From the IMG/VR virus record IMGVR_UViG_3300037961_002566, positions 1 to 52,250 of that record: a stretch of 52,250 nucleotides of DNA; one strand, given 5' to 3'. Origin of the DNA: a virus. Lineage: Duplodnaviria > Caudoviricetes. How positions within the stretch are numbered: the first letter of the stretch is position 1; each line of letters begins with the position of its first letter. The notes below the pieces were generated by a model, which was given only the letters and a program-made list of their open reading frames with translations, searched no databases and was not told the origin of the DNA. The position numbers and the translations under genes were made by a program. This document shows, in pieces, positions 29,287-37,727 of the stretch.

Positions 29287-29758
29287 TCTTTAGCTCCCAA
29301 GCTTTCTTTCGTAAGTTTTTAAACTTTGCCTGTGCCACTTCATTCGTTGCTAACTCTTTTCTTGATTCTATGTTAAGAAAACCTTTCAAAGCTTGAATGC
29401 AGTTTTTTTCATTATCTATATTATCTGTGAACAAATAGTAACTAGACTCAGAGAGGAAGTGATTAGACTCACCTATCTCATCCATCAACACTTCCCAAAA
29501 CTCTGGCTCTTTGCAAGACATGATAGCACTCTTAACAAGACGTTGACCCTCTAGTTCGGTTGGTTTTATGTCTACCTCTTCATGCTCGTTTATCCTAACC
29601 ATAGCTACACCATATCTAGAACCCACCCAATCTCTGAGCAATCCGTCTGGAACATCATCAGGGTGTATGCACAAGCGTAAGTTAAAACCATTCTTATCTT
29701 TGTTCATTGACACCTGTACAGCTTCAAACTGATACGCTACATCTTTTACATTAGTCAT
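29264..29758 (-). CDS. Hypothetical protein
   Basis: 164-aa ORF in a tightly coupled leftward operon, with RBS. Confidence 0.7.
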   Translation of the reverse strand: MTNVKDVAYQFEAVQVSMNKDKNGFNLRLCIHPDDVPDGLLRDWVGSRYGVAMVRINEHEEVDIKPTELEGQRLVKSAIMSCKEPEFWEVLMDEIGESNHFLSESSYYLFTDNIDNEKNCIQALKGFLNIESRKELATNEVAQAKFKNLRKKAWELKNDQHKDR

Positions 29759-29996
29759 TTGCTTTCTCCCCAGATGGTGTGGCTTTTATTGCACTAACAT
29801 TCTTAACTTCATACGCTATCTTATTCATCTTATCGTATCGTTTGCTTGCAACATTTAACTCTCTATCTCTTGCCATCTCTTTGGCTTCAAGTTTGTTCCT
29901 TGCTCTGATTCGTCTTGTTCTTCGATATACAACTTCGACAACGACATCAAACGACATCGCTCTAAGATAATCAGTTGTTCCTCTGTCTAGTTTCAT
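29751..29996 (-). CDS. Hypothetical protein
   Basis: Start moved to ATG 29996 (MKLDRG), which has a GGAGAAAG RBS and avoids a long overlap. Confidence 0.6.
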   Translation of the reverse strand: MKLDRGTTDYLRAMSFDVVVEVVYRRTRRIRARNKLEAKEMARDRELNVASKRYDKMNKIAYEVKNVSAIKATPSGEKAND

Positions 29997-30252
29997 TGTA
30001 CTTTCTCCAATTTTCTTCTGCCCATTCGATTGGGTCAACTCCTTGGAATATCCACCATCGTTTCTCGTTGCCGTCATGATGTATTTCCATATGGTGGGTA
30101 TGGCAGATAGGCACTACCCAATTGTCGCCCACTTTCAATGCAACACCTCTAGGTTCTGCATACATAATGTGATGAGCCTCACTCTCTCTTCCACAGATCA
30201 AGCAAGGCTCTTTTCTAACTAAGGATAAATATTTTTTATCCCTTATCTTCAA
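29971..30252 (-). CDS. DUF968-like HNH/zinc-binding protein
   Basis: YL..VRKEPCLICG...EAHH...VGDNWVVPICHTHHMEIH. Confidence 0.75.
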   Translation of the reverse strand: MKIRDKKYLSLVRKEPCLICGRESEAHHIMYAEPRGVALKVGDNWVVPICHTHHMEIHHDGNEKRWWIFQGVDPIEWAEENWRKYNETRQRNN

Positions 30253-30593
30253 GACAACAAGTCATCCAGAGTTGTTGTTTGTTGTGCAGGTTTACTTGGG
30301 ATAGGCTGTTCGCCATCTTTCCTATCTTTGTGAACACTCGCCCTAACCGTGATGTACTTCTGCTGTTTAGAGCCATCATCCCTTGGCTTGCTGAGATTAA
30401 CCCACCCTGCAATGCTGATCTTAGGCTTTGGGTCATCATTGCTGTGTATGTTATCTTTGTATAAAAGATACTGCTTGTGGATATTCTCACACAAATCTAA
30501 GGGAAGTTCCAAGTCACCAATCATATCTGGTTGACCGTCTTTCTGCTTAAACCTGTTTGAGTTTAAGATACCATTGAAATAGATTTTATTCAT
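30249..30593 (-). CDS. Putative ssDNA-binding protein (DUF736-like)
   Basis: G.L..N..K....QPDMIG...ISIAGW...KYITVRAS with an acidic tail; adjacent to ERF. Confidence 0.55.
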   Translation of the reverse strand: MNKIYFNGILNSNRFKQKDGQPDMIGDLELPLDLCENIHKQYLLYKDNIHSNDDPKPKISIAGWVNLSKPRDDGSKQQKYITVRASVHKDRKDGEQPIPSKPAQQTTTLDDLLS

Positions 30594-31321
30594 TAGCTTG
30601 CTCCTTGTAAGTTATCTAATTTGGTTTTGGTTTCTTGTTTAAATTTAGCCATCAAATCTGCATCGTCTTTGAATGTGTTTATGGCTTCTTGGTTTACCGA
30701 AATAAACTCCTTTAGATGGTTCACAGACCCTTGATCTTGCATGAAGTGTTTTAGTATTCTAAACACCGCTTGCGGATGGGTCTCACCCTCATTCTTCTTT
30801 ACTTGGTTATTCTTACCAGACAATTCTTTCACCACAGTTTTAATCTCTTCCTGTTTGCTGCCTGGCGGCGGATTAGTTCCATTTTGTACCATAGTACTTT
30901 TTGGTTCTACCGTGGTAGAATTACCATCGTCATCTGTTTCTGGATCGCATTCTAGGTTCAACATGGATTGAAGTAGATATCTCCTCATGTAGGTGATGCC
31001 ACTACCGATTGCTTGGCTACCCTTTTTCGTATCGTCAAGACAACTAACCTTGCTTTCTAGTTTCTCCCCAGAGGGCAGGTGGTACAAGGTACAAACCAAT
31101 AGGTTTTCTATTCTGTCATTCATATTCAGTACTTCCGTAGTAAAAGATATATGAACACCATTCTCTTCTAATGGCTTTTTACAAGCTTCAAAAACATCCA
31201 TAAGGGTAGAGTATTTACTACCGATATGAGGATTTCTCCCAGACTTTTTTAATTCTGAGAAGCCTTGCCCTCTTGCTTTCTCTATAGCTTCAAATATTTT
31301 TTCTTTAAGTGGCTCAACCAT
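30593..31321 (-). CDS. erf: ERF-family single-strand annealing protein
   Basis: NPH..SKYSTL.DV, QAIGSGITYMRRY.L, DDDGN. Confidence 0.85.
   Translation of the reverse strand: MVEPLKEKIFEAIEKARGQGFSELKKSGRNPHIGSKYSTLMDVFEACKKPLEENGVHISFTTEVLNMNDRIENLLVCTLYHLPSGEKLESKVSCLDDTKKGSQAIGSGITYMRRYLLQSMLNLECDPETDDDGNSTTVEPKSTMVQNGTNPPPGSKQEEIKTVVKELSGKNNQVKKNEGETHPQAVFRILKHFMQDQGSVNHLKEFISVNQEAINTFKDDADLMAKFKQETKTKLDNLQGAS
30882..30901. promoter_or_regulatory. Palindromic motif copy (intragenic)
   Basis: TTTTGTACCATAGTACTTTT in the erf linker region. Confidence 0.65.
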
Positions 31322-31499
31322 TTTCTTTTCCTTTCATGTATGATTCAAATATCGAGTCTATTACTGCTTTGTATTGGCTCTGTGTTGTGAACTGAGAAAT
31401 CATTAATTCACCTACCAATTTCTGAAGATGCTTCACATCTTTCTGACTTATATTCCACATTATCTTATCGCTATAAGGGAATGTTTTTTTCTCACTCAT
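31314..31499 (-). CDS. Hypothetical protein
   Basis: Start moved to ATG 31499 (MSEKK), GGAGAG RBS. Confidence 0.55.
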   Translation of the reverse strand: MSEKKTFPYSDKIMWNISQKDVKHLQKLVGELMISQFTTQSQYKAVIDSIFESYMKGKENG

Positions 31500-31800
31500 G
31501 ATTCTCTCCATATATAGTTTTGGTTTTGAAAAACCCCTTATGTTGGGGGTATCTATGCATGAAGTACCTTGCATACATAGAAATAAAATCGTTACTAATC
31601 TTAAATGGGTTGCCGTAAGTCACTACGCTAGTCTCCCATCTCACTCTATTTATAATCATCCACGCTGACATCTTCTTGTGACCTCTCTTGATTGCATGGA
31701 AAGTAAACTTGTCAAACAACTCACATACCTCTGGATTTTTTAAATGCCATGCCCACCACTTTTCTTTGAGGTGTTCGTAATGATTAAAATATTCGGTCAT
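31492..31800 (-). CDS. Conserved phage hypothetical protein
   Basis: H..NP.V...F...IINRVRWET....FKISNDF...YAR.F...P...GFF pattern. Confidence 0.7.
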   Translation of the reverse strand: MTEYFNHYEHLKEKWWAWHLKNPEVCELFDKFTFHAIKRGHKKMSAWMIINRVRWETSVVTYGNPFKISNDFISMYARYFMHRYPQHKGFFKTKTIYGENHE

Positions 31801-31994
31801 CGCTTTCTGCCCTTATTGTTAAAAAGGTCTGGCTTTATAAAACTTTTGCTCATGTCTTCATGTATTTCTTTCATGATCTTTGCCTTACGCTTTCCTATCG
31901 CAGAAAGTTTCTGACTTTTCTTCTGCTCTGGTGTGATTGGCTTTAGTTTTAATGCATCCCAATCTATGTAAACTGACTTCTTCTTATCGCTCAT
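31797..31994 (-). CDS. Hypothetical protein
   Basis: Coupled small ORF with GAGGG RBS. Confidence 0.55.
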   Translation of the reverse strand: MSDKKKSVYIDWDALKLKPITPEQKKSQKLSAIGKRKAKIMKEIHEDMSKSFIKPDLFNNKGRKR

Positions 31995-32221
31995 AGCATC
32001 CCCTCTGGTTTTCTAAGTGGTATTCTTACTTGTATGTCAAAGTTTTCTACTTCAACACAGTTAGGCTTGCCAATAATTGGGTCTCTCAGTTGGCTAAGTG
32101 CTTGAGCAAACTCAATGCAATCCTGTTTGTAGCTGAAGACCATCCTGTGTACAGCATGATCATCTTTTTGAATGTCTGGTAAAGTTATTAGAAACAATAC
32201 GAAATACGTCACGGGGTTCAT
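31991..32221 (-). CDS. Hypothetical protein with hydrophobic N-terminus
   Basis: AAAGGAG RBS; signal-like N-terminus; two Cys. Confidence 0.65.
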   Translation of the reverse strand: MNPVTYFVLFLITLPDIQKDDHAVHRMVFSYKQDCIEFAQALSQLRDPIIGKPNCVEVENFDIQVRIPLRKPEGML

Positions 32222-32229
32222 AGGTTCTC

Positions 32230-32249
32230 CTTTGTACTATGGTACTTTT
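32230..32249. promoter_or_regulatory. Palindromic motif copy
   Basis: CTTTGTACTATGGTACTTTT, between the nuclease stop and the next RBS. Confidence 0.7.
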
Positions 32250-33136
32250 TAGTTATCGTTGTATTGGGAACAGAAATCAGCGACAGCACAATAATTTGAT
32301 TTACATCGTGTGTACTCACCCTTACGAAACTCAATGTCGTGATTTCTTTTATGTACGTCTGCGTCTATCTTATCTGACAGATCGTAAACTAAATCTTCTG
32401 CATCTTGTTTATTGTCGAAAACTCTAAATGCTTTCTTGTTACCCTTTTTAATTACTGCCCACTTATCTTCCTTTGCCCATCTCTCTTTGTCTGTGCATAA
32501 GACAAACTGATCTTCTAGATCAAACAACTGTCGAGCATCTTGATGCACAGTAACTCTCTCGTTTACATACTTGATTCGCTCTTTCATAGACCACAAAGGT
32601 ATGTCTATGTAGGCAACAGGATGCTGTGGATAGTCTGGTTTTAATTTAGCTTGTGTCCTGTTCCAATCTCTAAGTATTGCACATATCTTTATGTTTGTTA
32701 CAGGTCTCTTCTTGTTCTTCTCAAGCAGGTAAGCATACACATTTAACTGATTAACCCACTCTTGCTTATCAAACATTACTGACCAAACAGAAGTAACCTT
32801 GTAATCCGTAATTATTAATTGATCATCTTTTGATTCGTATTGATCTATTGCACCAGATATTTTCCAACCTCTCACCGTGTCATACAATCTTTGCTCTTTG
32901 GTTACGTTCTCAGACTCGCCACTCTCCAAAACAGAGTGAACTGCCGTACCAAACAAAGCAAAAGTCATGTCCATAACATCTGTGGATATCTCTTCCTTAT
33001 GTTGCTCTCGTAACAAAAGAACTCTGGGTGAATCAATAAGCTGAGTAACTGATATATCAGCATCACCTCTACTATATTTATCTGATGTTGCGTAATTTAA
33101 AAAAGAGTCTGGAAGACCATATTTATTAGTAATCAT
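32249..33136 (-). CDS. PD-(D/E)XK (Cas4-like) exonuclease
   Basis: ISVTQL, FGTAVH, ISGAID...ITDYK, QLNVYAYL, C-terminal RC..YC.VADFC.QY; lies in the erf operon. Confidence 0.8.
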   Translation of the reverse strand: MITNKYGLPDSFLNYATSDKYSRGDADISVTQLIDSPRVLLLREQHKEEISTDVMDMTFALFGTAVHSVLESGESENVTKEQRLYDTVRGWKISGAIDQYESKDDQLIITDYKVTSVWSVMFDKQEWVNQLNVYAYLLEKNKKRPVTNIKICAILRDWNRTQAKLKPDYPQHPVAYIDIPLWSMKERIKYVNERVTVHQDARQLFDLEDQFVLCTDKERWAKEDKWAVIKKGNKKAFRVFDNKQDAEDLVYDLSDKIDADVHKRNHDIEFRKGEYTRCKSNYCAVADFCSQYNDN

Positions 33137-33219
33137 TTTATACCTATGCTTTATTATTATTATATTACTATAATATTATTATTGATTATTTTTTAATTAT
33201 ATAATAATTAATACAATAT

Positions 33220-33630
33220 ATGTCAACTCAAAATAGAATAAAAGTTTTGTTTAATATAATTTTTACAATCGAGGGCGAACCTGCAAGCAAAGCGAATCAG
33301 CGAAAATTAGTGTTGATTAAAGGTCGAATGGTTCCAATAAAGTCTAAGAAAGCATTGGATTATGTGAAAGAATTTCAGAGACAAATTCCAAAGATTGACC
33401 CTCTCACAGAGGACTATGTCAAGGTGGAGATGATGATCTACTACGCATCCAGAAGACCAGACTTGGACGAATCACTAATCTTAGATTGTATGCAAAATTA
33501 TGTGTACTACAACGACAGGCAAGTAAAAGAGAAGCATATTTATTGGGGTCTAGATAAAGAAAGACCTCGTACAATAATTAGAGTGTCTGAGTATAGAAAG
33601 GAGGATACGCCAGACTACTTGACAAACTAA
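33220..33630 (+). CDS. rusA: RusA-like Holliday junction resolvase
   Basis: GEPASKAN, RRPDLDESLILD, NDRQVKEK. Confidence 0.75.
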   Translation: MSTQNRIKVLFNIIFTIEGEPASKANQRKLVLIKGRMVPIKSKKALDYVKEFQRQIPKIDPLTEDYVKVEMMIYYASRRPDLDESLILDCMQNYVYYNDRQVKEKHIYWGLDKERPRTIIRVSEYRKEDTPDYLTN

Positions 33631-33647
33631 CTAAATAAAAAAATAAT
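33619..33647 (+). promoter_or_regulatory. Putative sigma70 promoter for primase-helicase
   Basis: TTGACA-N17-AATAAT. Confidence 0.55.
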
Positions 33648-33670
33648 ACAAACTTCATAGTGGAGATATC

Positions 33671-35419
33671 ATGCTAAACTCAAACATGAGCAACATGGTA
33701 CTCAGTTTAGGTAAAGGGCAACATAAACTACAATGCCCATCGACAGAGTGCCAACAGCGAAAAAAGAAAAATCTTAAAACATTATCCGTTAAGGTGGATA
33801 TGGATGGGGCAGTTTACTATTGCCACCATTGTAACCTTAGTGGTCAAGAATTTTATAATAAACATAGGGAAACTAAAATGACTTCAATACCAAAGATAGA
33901 GAAAAAACCATTGAGTATCAATGGGTTACAGTGGCTTAACAAAAGAGGTATCAGCGAATCAACTGCCGATAAGTTGGGCATTACCACTTGCACACATTAC
34001 ATTCAAGGAGTTGGAAGCGAGACCGAATGTGTGATGTTTCCCTACACAAACAGAGGTCAGGTATACGCATCTAAAATTAGATCGATAACTGAAAAAGGGT
34101 TTGCTTGTTCTGGCTCACCACAAAGCTTTTTTAACTTGGATAGGGTGGACACTACCAAGCCACTAATAATATGTGAGGGCGAGTTGGATGCTCTGTCATT
34201 TATTGAATGTGGTGCAGAGGATGTTGCTTCCGTTGTCAGCGTACCGAATGGAGCGGTGATGAAAGTAGTTGATGAGGAGTTTGCAAAGAAAGACGATAGT
34301 AAGTTCCGTTTCCTGACCAACGCAGAAGAGATGCTAGAAGAGGTGGAGAAAGTAATCATAGCAACTGATTCGGATACAGCAGGACAGGCTATGGCAGAGG
34401 AAATGGCTAGAAGAATAGGTAAGCATAAATGTTTTAAGATAAACTATCCGAAGGATTGCAAGGATGCTAACGATGTTATTCTTAAAAAAAGTACCATAGC
34501 ACTTTTTGAATTGATCGATCTTGCCTCCGCCTATCCAGTATCAGGATTGTATGATGCATCTCAGTTTTACAAAAACTTAGATAGTTTATATTCAGACGGC
34601 TTTGGGAAGGGGGAAAGCACAGGGTTTGATAATGTGGATGAGTTATACACAGTTGTTAAGTCGCAACTCACTATAGTTACAGGTCATCCGTCAAGTGGCA
34701 AATCAGAGTTCATAGATCAGCTCATGGTAAACCTTGCCGTCAATAAGGGATGGAAGTTTGCTGTTGCAAGTTTTGAGAATCAACCAGAGATACATCTAGC
34801 TAAGATTATATCCAAGTATAAAAAGAAACCTTTCTTTGATGGACTGAACCCAAGACTTACAAAAGAGGAATTGGATGATGGTAAGGACTTTATAAAGAAG
34901 CACTTCTACTTTGTGCATCAGCGAGATGGTAGCTTGAGTTCAATTGATTCCCTGCTAGAAAGGATCAGGATTAGTGTATTACGTTATGGTACAAACGCTG
35001 TCGTCATAGACCCATACAACTATATTATGCGACCAACAGATGAACAGGAGACAGCATTTGTGTCTAGCCTGCTTAGTAAGATACGAGTGTTTGCCCAGAC
35101 TTATGATATCCACGTTTGGCTCGTTGCTCATCCGACCAAGATGATGCGAGATAGTTCTGGTAAAGTGCCACCACCTATGGCTTACGATATCTCTGGCTCT
35201 GCTCACTTCTTCTCTAAGACAGATTGTGGTCTAACTATACACAGACCAGACCCTGCAAACAGTAATATCACAGAGGTGCATTGTTGGAAGTGTCGCTACT
35301 CATGGGTGGGTAAGCAAGGACAAACCATACTAAGCTACGATGGATTAACATCTACATACAAACCTTTTGAGCCTTACAAGGGCATAGACGAGTTGTTTTC
35401 TGATGCTCCAGACTTTTAG
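33671..35419 (+). CDS. Primase-helicase (T7 gp4/Twinkle-like)
   Basis: Zn-binding CPSTEC/YCHHC; TOPRIM ICEGELDALS and ATDSDTAG; Walker A TGHPSSGKS; VIDPY; VAHPTK; ISGS. Confidence 0.9.
   Translation: MLNSNMSNMVLSLGKGQHKLQCPSTECQQRKKKNLKTLSVKVDMDGAVYYCHHCNLSGQEFYNKHRETKMTSIPKIEKKPLSINGLQWLNKRGISESTADKLGITTCTHYIQGVGSETECVMFPYTNRGQVYASKIRSITEKGFACSGSPQSFFNLDRVDTTKPLIICEGELDALSFIECGAEDVASVVSVPNGAVMKVVDEEFAKKDDSKFRFLTNAEEMLEEVEKVIIATDSDTAGQAMAEEMARRIGKHKCFKINYPKDCKDANDVILKKSTIALFELIDLASAYPVSGLYDASQFYKNLDSLYSDGFGKGESTGFDNVDELYTVVKSQLTIVTGHPSSGKSEFIDQLMVNLAVNKGWKFAVASFENQPEIHLAKIISKYKKKPFFDGLNPRLTKEELDDGKDFIKKHFYFVHQRDGSLSSIDSLLERIRISVLRYGTNAVVIDPYNYIMRPTDEQETAFVSSLLSKIRVFAQTYDIHVWLVAHPTKMMRDSSGKVPPPMAYDISGSAHFFSKTDCGLTIHRPDPANSNITEVHCWKCRYSWVGKQGQTILSYDGLTSTYKPFEPYKGIDELFSDAPDF
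34487..34506. promoter_or_regulatory. Palindromic motif copy (intragenic)
   Basis: AAAAGTACCATAGCACTTTT near the primase/helicase junction. Confidence 0.75.
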
Positions 35420-35490
35420 TTGGACATGGTGGACATGATGATAAGTGGCATATCCTGTGGCGGAAAAACCACAAACCACAAAATATAGCA

Positions 35491-35520
35491 TTGACAACAA
35501 ACCAAAATCGTCCGTATATT
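35491..35520 (+). promoter_or_regulatory. Putative sigma70 promoter
   Basis: TTGACA-N18-TATATT with no protein-sized ORF before the next terminator. Confidence 0.55.
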
Positions 35521-35526
35521 ATCGAA

Positions 35527-35597
35527 TGTGAATAGCACTACCTATGCGAAATCACTTCACTATGACAAACTTGGGTCTCTTCGGAGACCCTTTTTTT
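35527..35597 (+). ncRNA. Candidate ~70-nt sRNA
   Basis: Lies between the promoter and an intrinsic terminator; GTGAA/TTCAC stem; no coding potential seen. Confidence 0.45.
35573..35597 (+). terminator. Intrinsic terminator
   Basis: GGGTCTC-TTCG-GAGACCC followed by T7. Confidence 0.9.
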
Positions 35598-35650
35598 ACA
35601 TCAGCAAAAAATAAACCGCTGGCTTTCACTTCCTGGGAGTCCATGTTTCA

Positions 35651-35670
35651 AAAAGTATCATGGTACTTTT
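35651..35670. promoter_or_regulatory. Palindromic motif copy
   Basis: AAAAGTATCATGGTACTTTT between two convergent terminators. Confidence 0.75.
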
Positions 35671-35717
35671 TATGAGATGAGATTTAAATGCTGATTTAAA
35701 TCCTGTTTCGATTAAGC

Positions 35718-35750
35718 AAAAAAAAACCCCCAGACATTTCTGTCTAGGGG
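35718..35750 (-). terminator. Intrinsic terminator of the leftward operon
   Basis: Minus strand CCCCTAGACA-GAAA-TGTCTGGGGG followed by T9. Confidence 0.9.
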
Positions 35751-35850
35751 CTGAGTTGGGAGGAAAGACCTGTTAAAGAATGGGGCGGTGAAAGGAATAT
35801 AAAACCGCCCCAAGTACACAATAACCCACAGGTAAAGGTTATTGGTATTC
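35718..35850 (-). ncRNA. Candidate three-hairpin sRNA / 3' UTR RNA with anti-Shine-Dalgarno segments
   Basis: Hairpins at 35819-35844 and 35781-35812 plus the terminator; unpaired parts read UUUAUAUUCCUUUC and UUCCUCCC. Confidence 0.45.
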
Positions 35851-35858
35851 ATGTTAGA

Positions 35859-36053
35859 TTATTCTTCTAATAATCCAAGAATTTTTAATACTGCCTTTGC
35901 TAATTCCTTTCTGCCGTAATGAATAAAATCATCACCATTATTACAAAGAATAGTATCGTTTAATTCTGTGTTTTCCACTTCATGTTTACACAGGTCAATG
36001 ATCTCACCTAACTTAGATGTATCTTCGATGACCTCATCTTTTAATCTAGTCAT
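35859..36053 (-). CDS. Hypothetical protein
   Basis: AAAGGA RBS; last gene of the leftward operon. Confidence 0.65.
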   Translation of the reverse strand: MTRLKDEVIEDTSKLGEIIDLCKHEVENTELNDTILCNNGDDFIHYGRKELAKAVLKILGLLEE

Positions 36054-36055
36054 AT

Positions 36056-36253
36056 CTAATCCTTTCTATCTAAAATATAACCAACGATAATTCCAAATGT
36101 CGCTACTGACATAAGGGATGAATATGCGGATAATAATTCTTTGTCATTATCCGCAACAGCGGATGTACTCAGTAAGCAGAGTACACCCATAAAAATTGAT
36201 GAGCCTATGAATAAAATTCTCATGGTGCATACCATAAAACTACAAGTATCCAT
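36056..36253 (-). CDS. Small membrane protein (start uncertain)
   Basis: Two hydrophobic segments; sits within the operon. Confidence 0.45.
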   Translation of the reverse strand: MDTCSFMVCTMRILFIGSSIFMGVLCLLSTSAVADNDKELLSAYSSLMSVATFGIIVGYILDRKD

Positions 36254-36332
36254 AAACCCACGATGCCACCTAAAAGAAGTACAAGTGATACCGCATCAAC
36301 AATTGTCTTTAAGACTTCTAACCAATTGATCT

Positions 36333-37613
36333 TCATGACGTTATCTCCAACTCGTTAGCAATCCTAGTGACAAGCTTCTTGTCTAGGTCTCTGTTAGCCT
36401 TACCTATGTCCTCATGAACTGCGTGAAGAACATCACCGCTTGGCAAAGTCTTAGCCATGAGGAAAAGATTAGGTATCACATTGGGAGTAAACTCATAACC
36501 TATAGGCATTCCATCTTTGTTAGTATACCCATTGGCTTCAGTTCTTTTAGTGAAAGCAAAGTCAACAAAGTCACCCTTGTATAACTTCTTGCCCTCTTTC
36601 TTGACCCAATCCAATTCAACATAAGAGTCTTTCTTTTCATCGTATCTTTTGTAGACACTTAGGCTCATAGGAAATAAATACCTATTACCCATTTGTGATT
36701 TGACAAAAGGAAGGCAACGTCTTTCCCACATAGGTGATACCTGCAATCTCCATTCTTTTCCCCCATCTGACTTAGTTGTCATTTGGCAGGTACGCTTCAA
36801 GAATGCTCTAGTAGAGTACTTGACCTTATCCTCTGGGTTCCAATAATACTTTTCGTTATAATGAGAAAAAGACATAGGCAATTCACGTTGCAAGTCTGAA
36901 TCGTTTTTAGCATCCTCTAAAAGACCCTCAGACTTTCTCAACAAATGAACATACTTTGCACCACTCTCAGATTGTATGTAAGTGTCACACTGAACATCTA
37001 GATGTTCATATGCTTTAGGAAAGTTAGTTGCTAATCCTCTATCAGCAGAATACTTGGCATCATATAAAAGACTATCAATTTTAGAAAAGTGTGAGGTGTA
37101 TCGCTCATCGAATCTAAGGTCTTTCAAAGAGTCTAACTGATGAACAAAACCCATAAGGTTATCCCCAACATTGTTACTAGAATATCCTTGAGAAAAGTCC
37201 TTAAAGTTTTTAGAGAAAACAAAAGATTGTCTAAGGACTCCGCCCTCAGTGGCTTCTCTAATATTTACTGATTTAGTGCCATCTTTTCCGCCATTACGAT
37301 GATAGTAATAGGTTCTGTTCTTTTCATTTGAAACATCAGCAATAAAATCTTTTGGAATATCTAATGTTTCTCTCTGAAAATTTATGCATTGTGCAAGCTT
37401 GATCTTAGCCATGTATTTCTTAACGGCTGTTTCTCTTTCTCTATCTGCTTTATCAAGGGCGGTCTTCCAGTACCATCTGGGTCTTCTGCTGTAGATATAG
37501 TCTTTAGCTTCCTGCTTAGTGTCAAATATCATTCCATCTGGCATAACCGTATAGGTATATTCTGGCGGTTCGCCTACAGACGTAGCCTGCTTTATGATTG
37601 TATATTTTTCCAT
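36333..37613 (-). CDS. Hypothetical protein (426 aa)
   Basis: Start moved to ATG 37613 (MEKY), AAAAGGAA RBS; no recognisable motif. Confidence 0.75.
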   Translation of the reverse strand: MEKYTIIKQATSVGEPPEYTYTVMPDGMIFDTKQEAKDYIYSRRPRWYWKTALDKADRERETAVKKYMAKIKLAQCINFQRETLDIPKDFIADVSNEKNRTYYYHRNGGKDGTKSVNIREATEGGVLRQSFVFSKNFKDFSQGYSSNNVGDNLMGFVHQLDSLKDLRFDERYTSHFSKIDSLLYDAKYSADRGLATNFPKAYEHLDVQCDTYIQSESGAKYVHLLRKSEGLLEDAKNDSDLQRELPMSFSHYNEKYYWNPEDKVKYSTRAFLKRTCQMTTKSDGGKEWRLQVSPMWERRCLPFVKSQMGNRYLFPMSLSVYKRYDEKKDSYVELDWVKKEGKKLYKGDFVDFAFTKRTEANGYTNKDGMPIGYEFTPNVIPNLFLMAKTLPSGDVLHAVHEDIGKANRDLDKKLVTRIANELEITS

Positions 37614-37667
37614 TTCGATTCCTTTTCTTAAATGGTGTTTCTCTAGGGCAACCCTAAAGAGAATACA

Positions 37668-37687
37668 AAAAGTACCATAGTATTTTT
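37668..37687. promoter_or_regulatory. Palindromic motif copy
   Basis: AAAAGTACCATAGTATTTTT, intergenic, between two hairpins. Confidence 0.75.
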
Positions 37688-37727
37688 GCATTCTCACAAA
37701 GGTTGCAGGGGGCAATGCCCCCTACAA

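Noticed and set aside
32249-33136. Cas4-like nuclease as evidence of a CRISPR system
   Set aside because: It sits with erf and an SSB-like gene in a standard phage recombination module.
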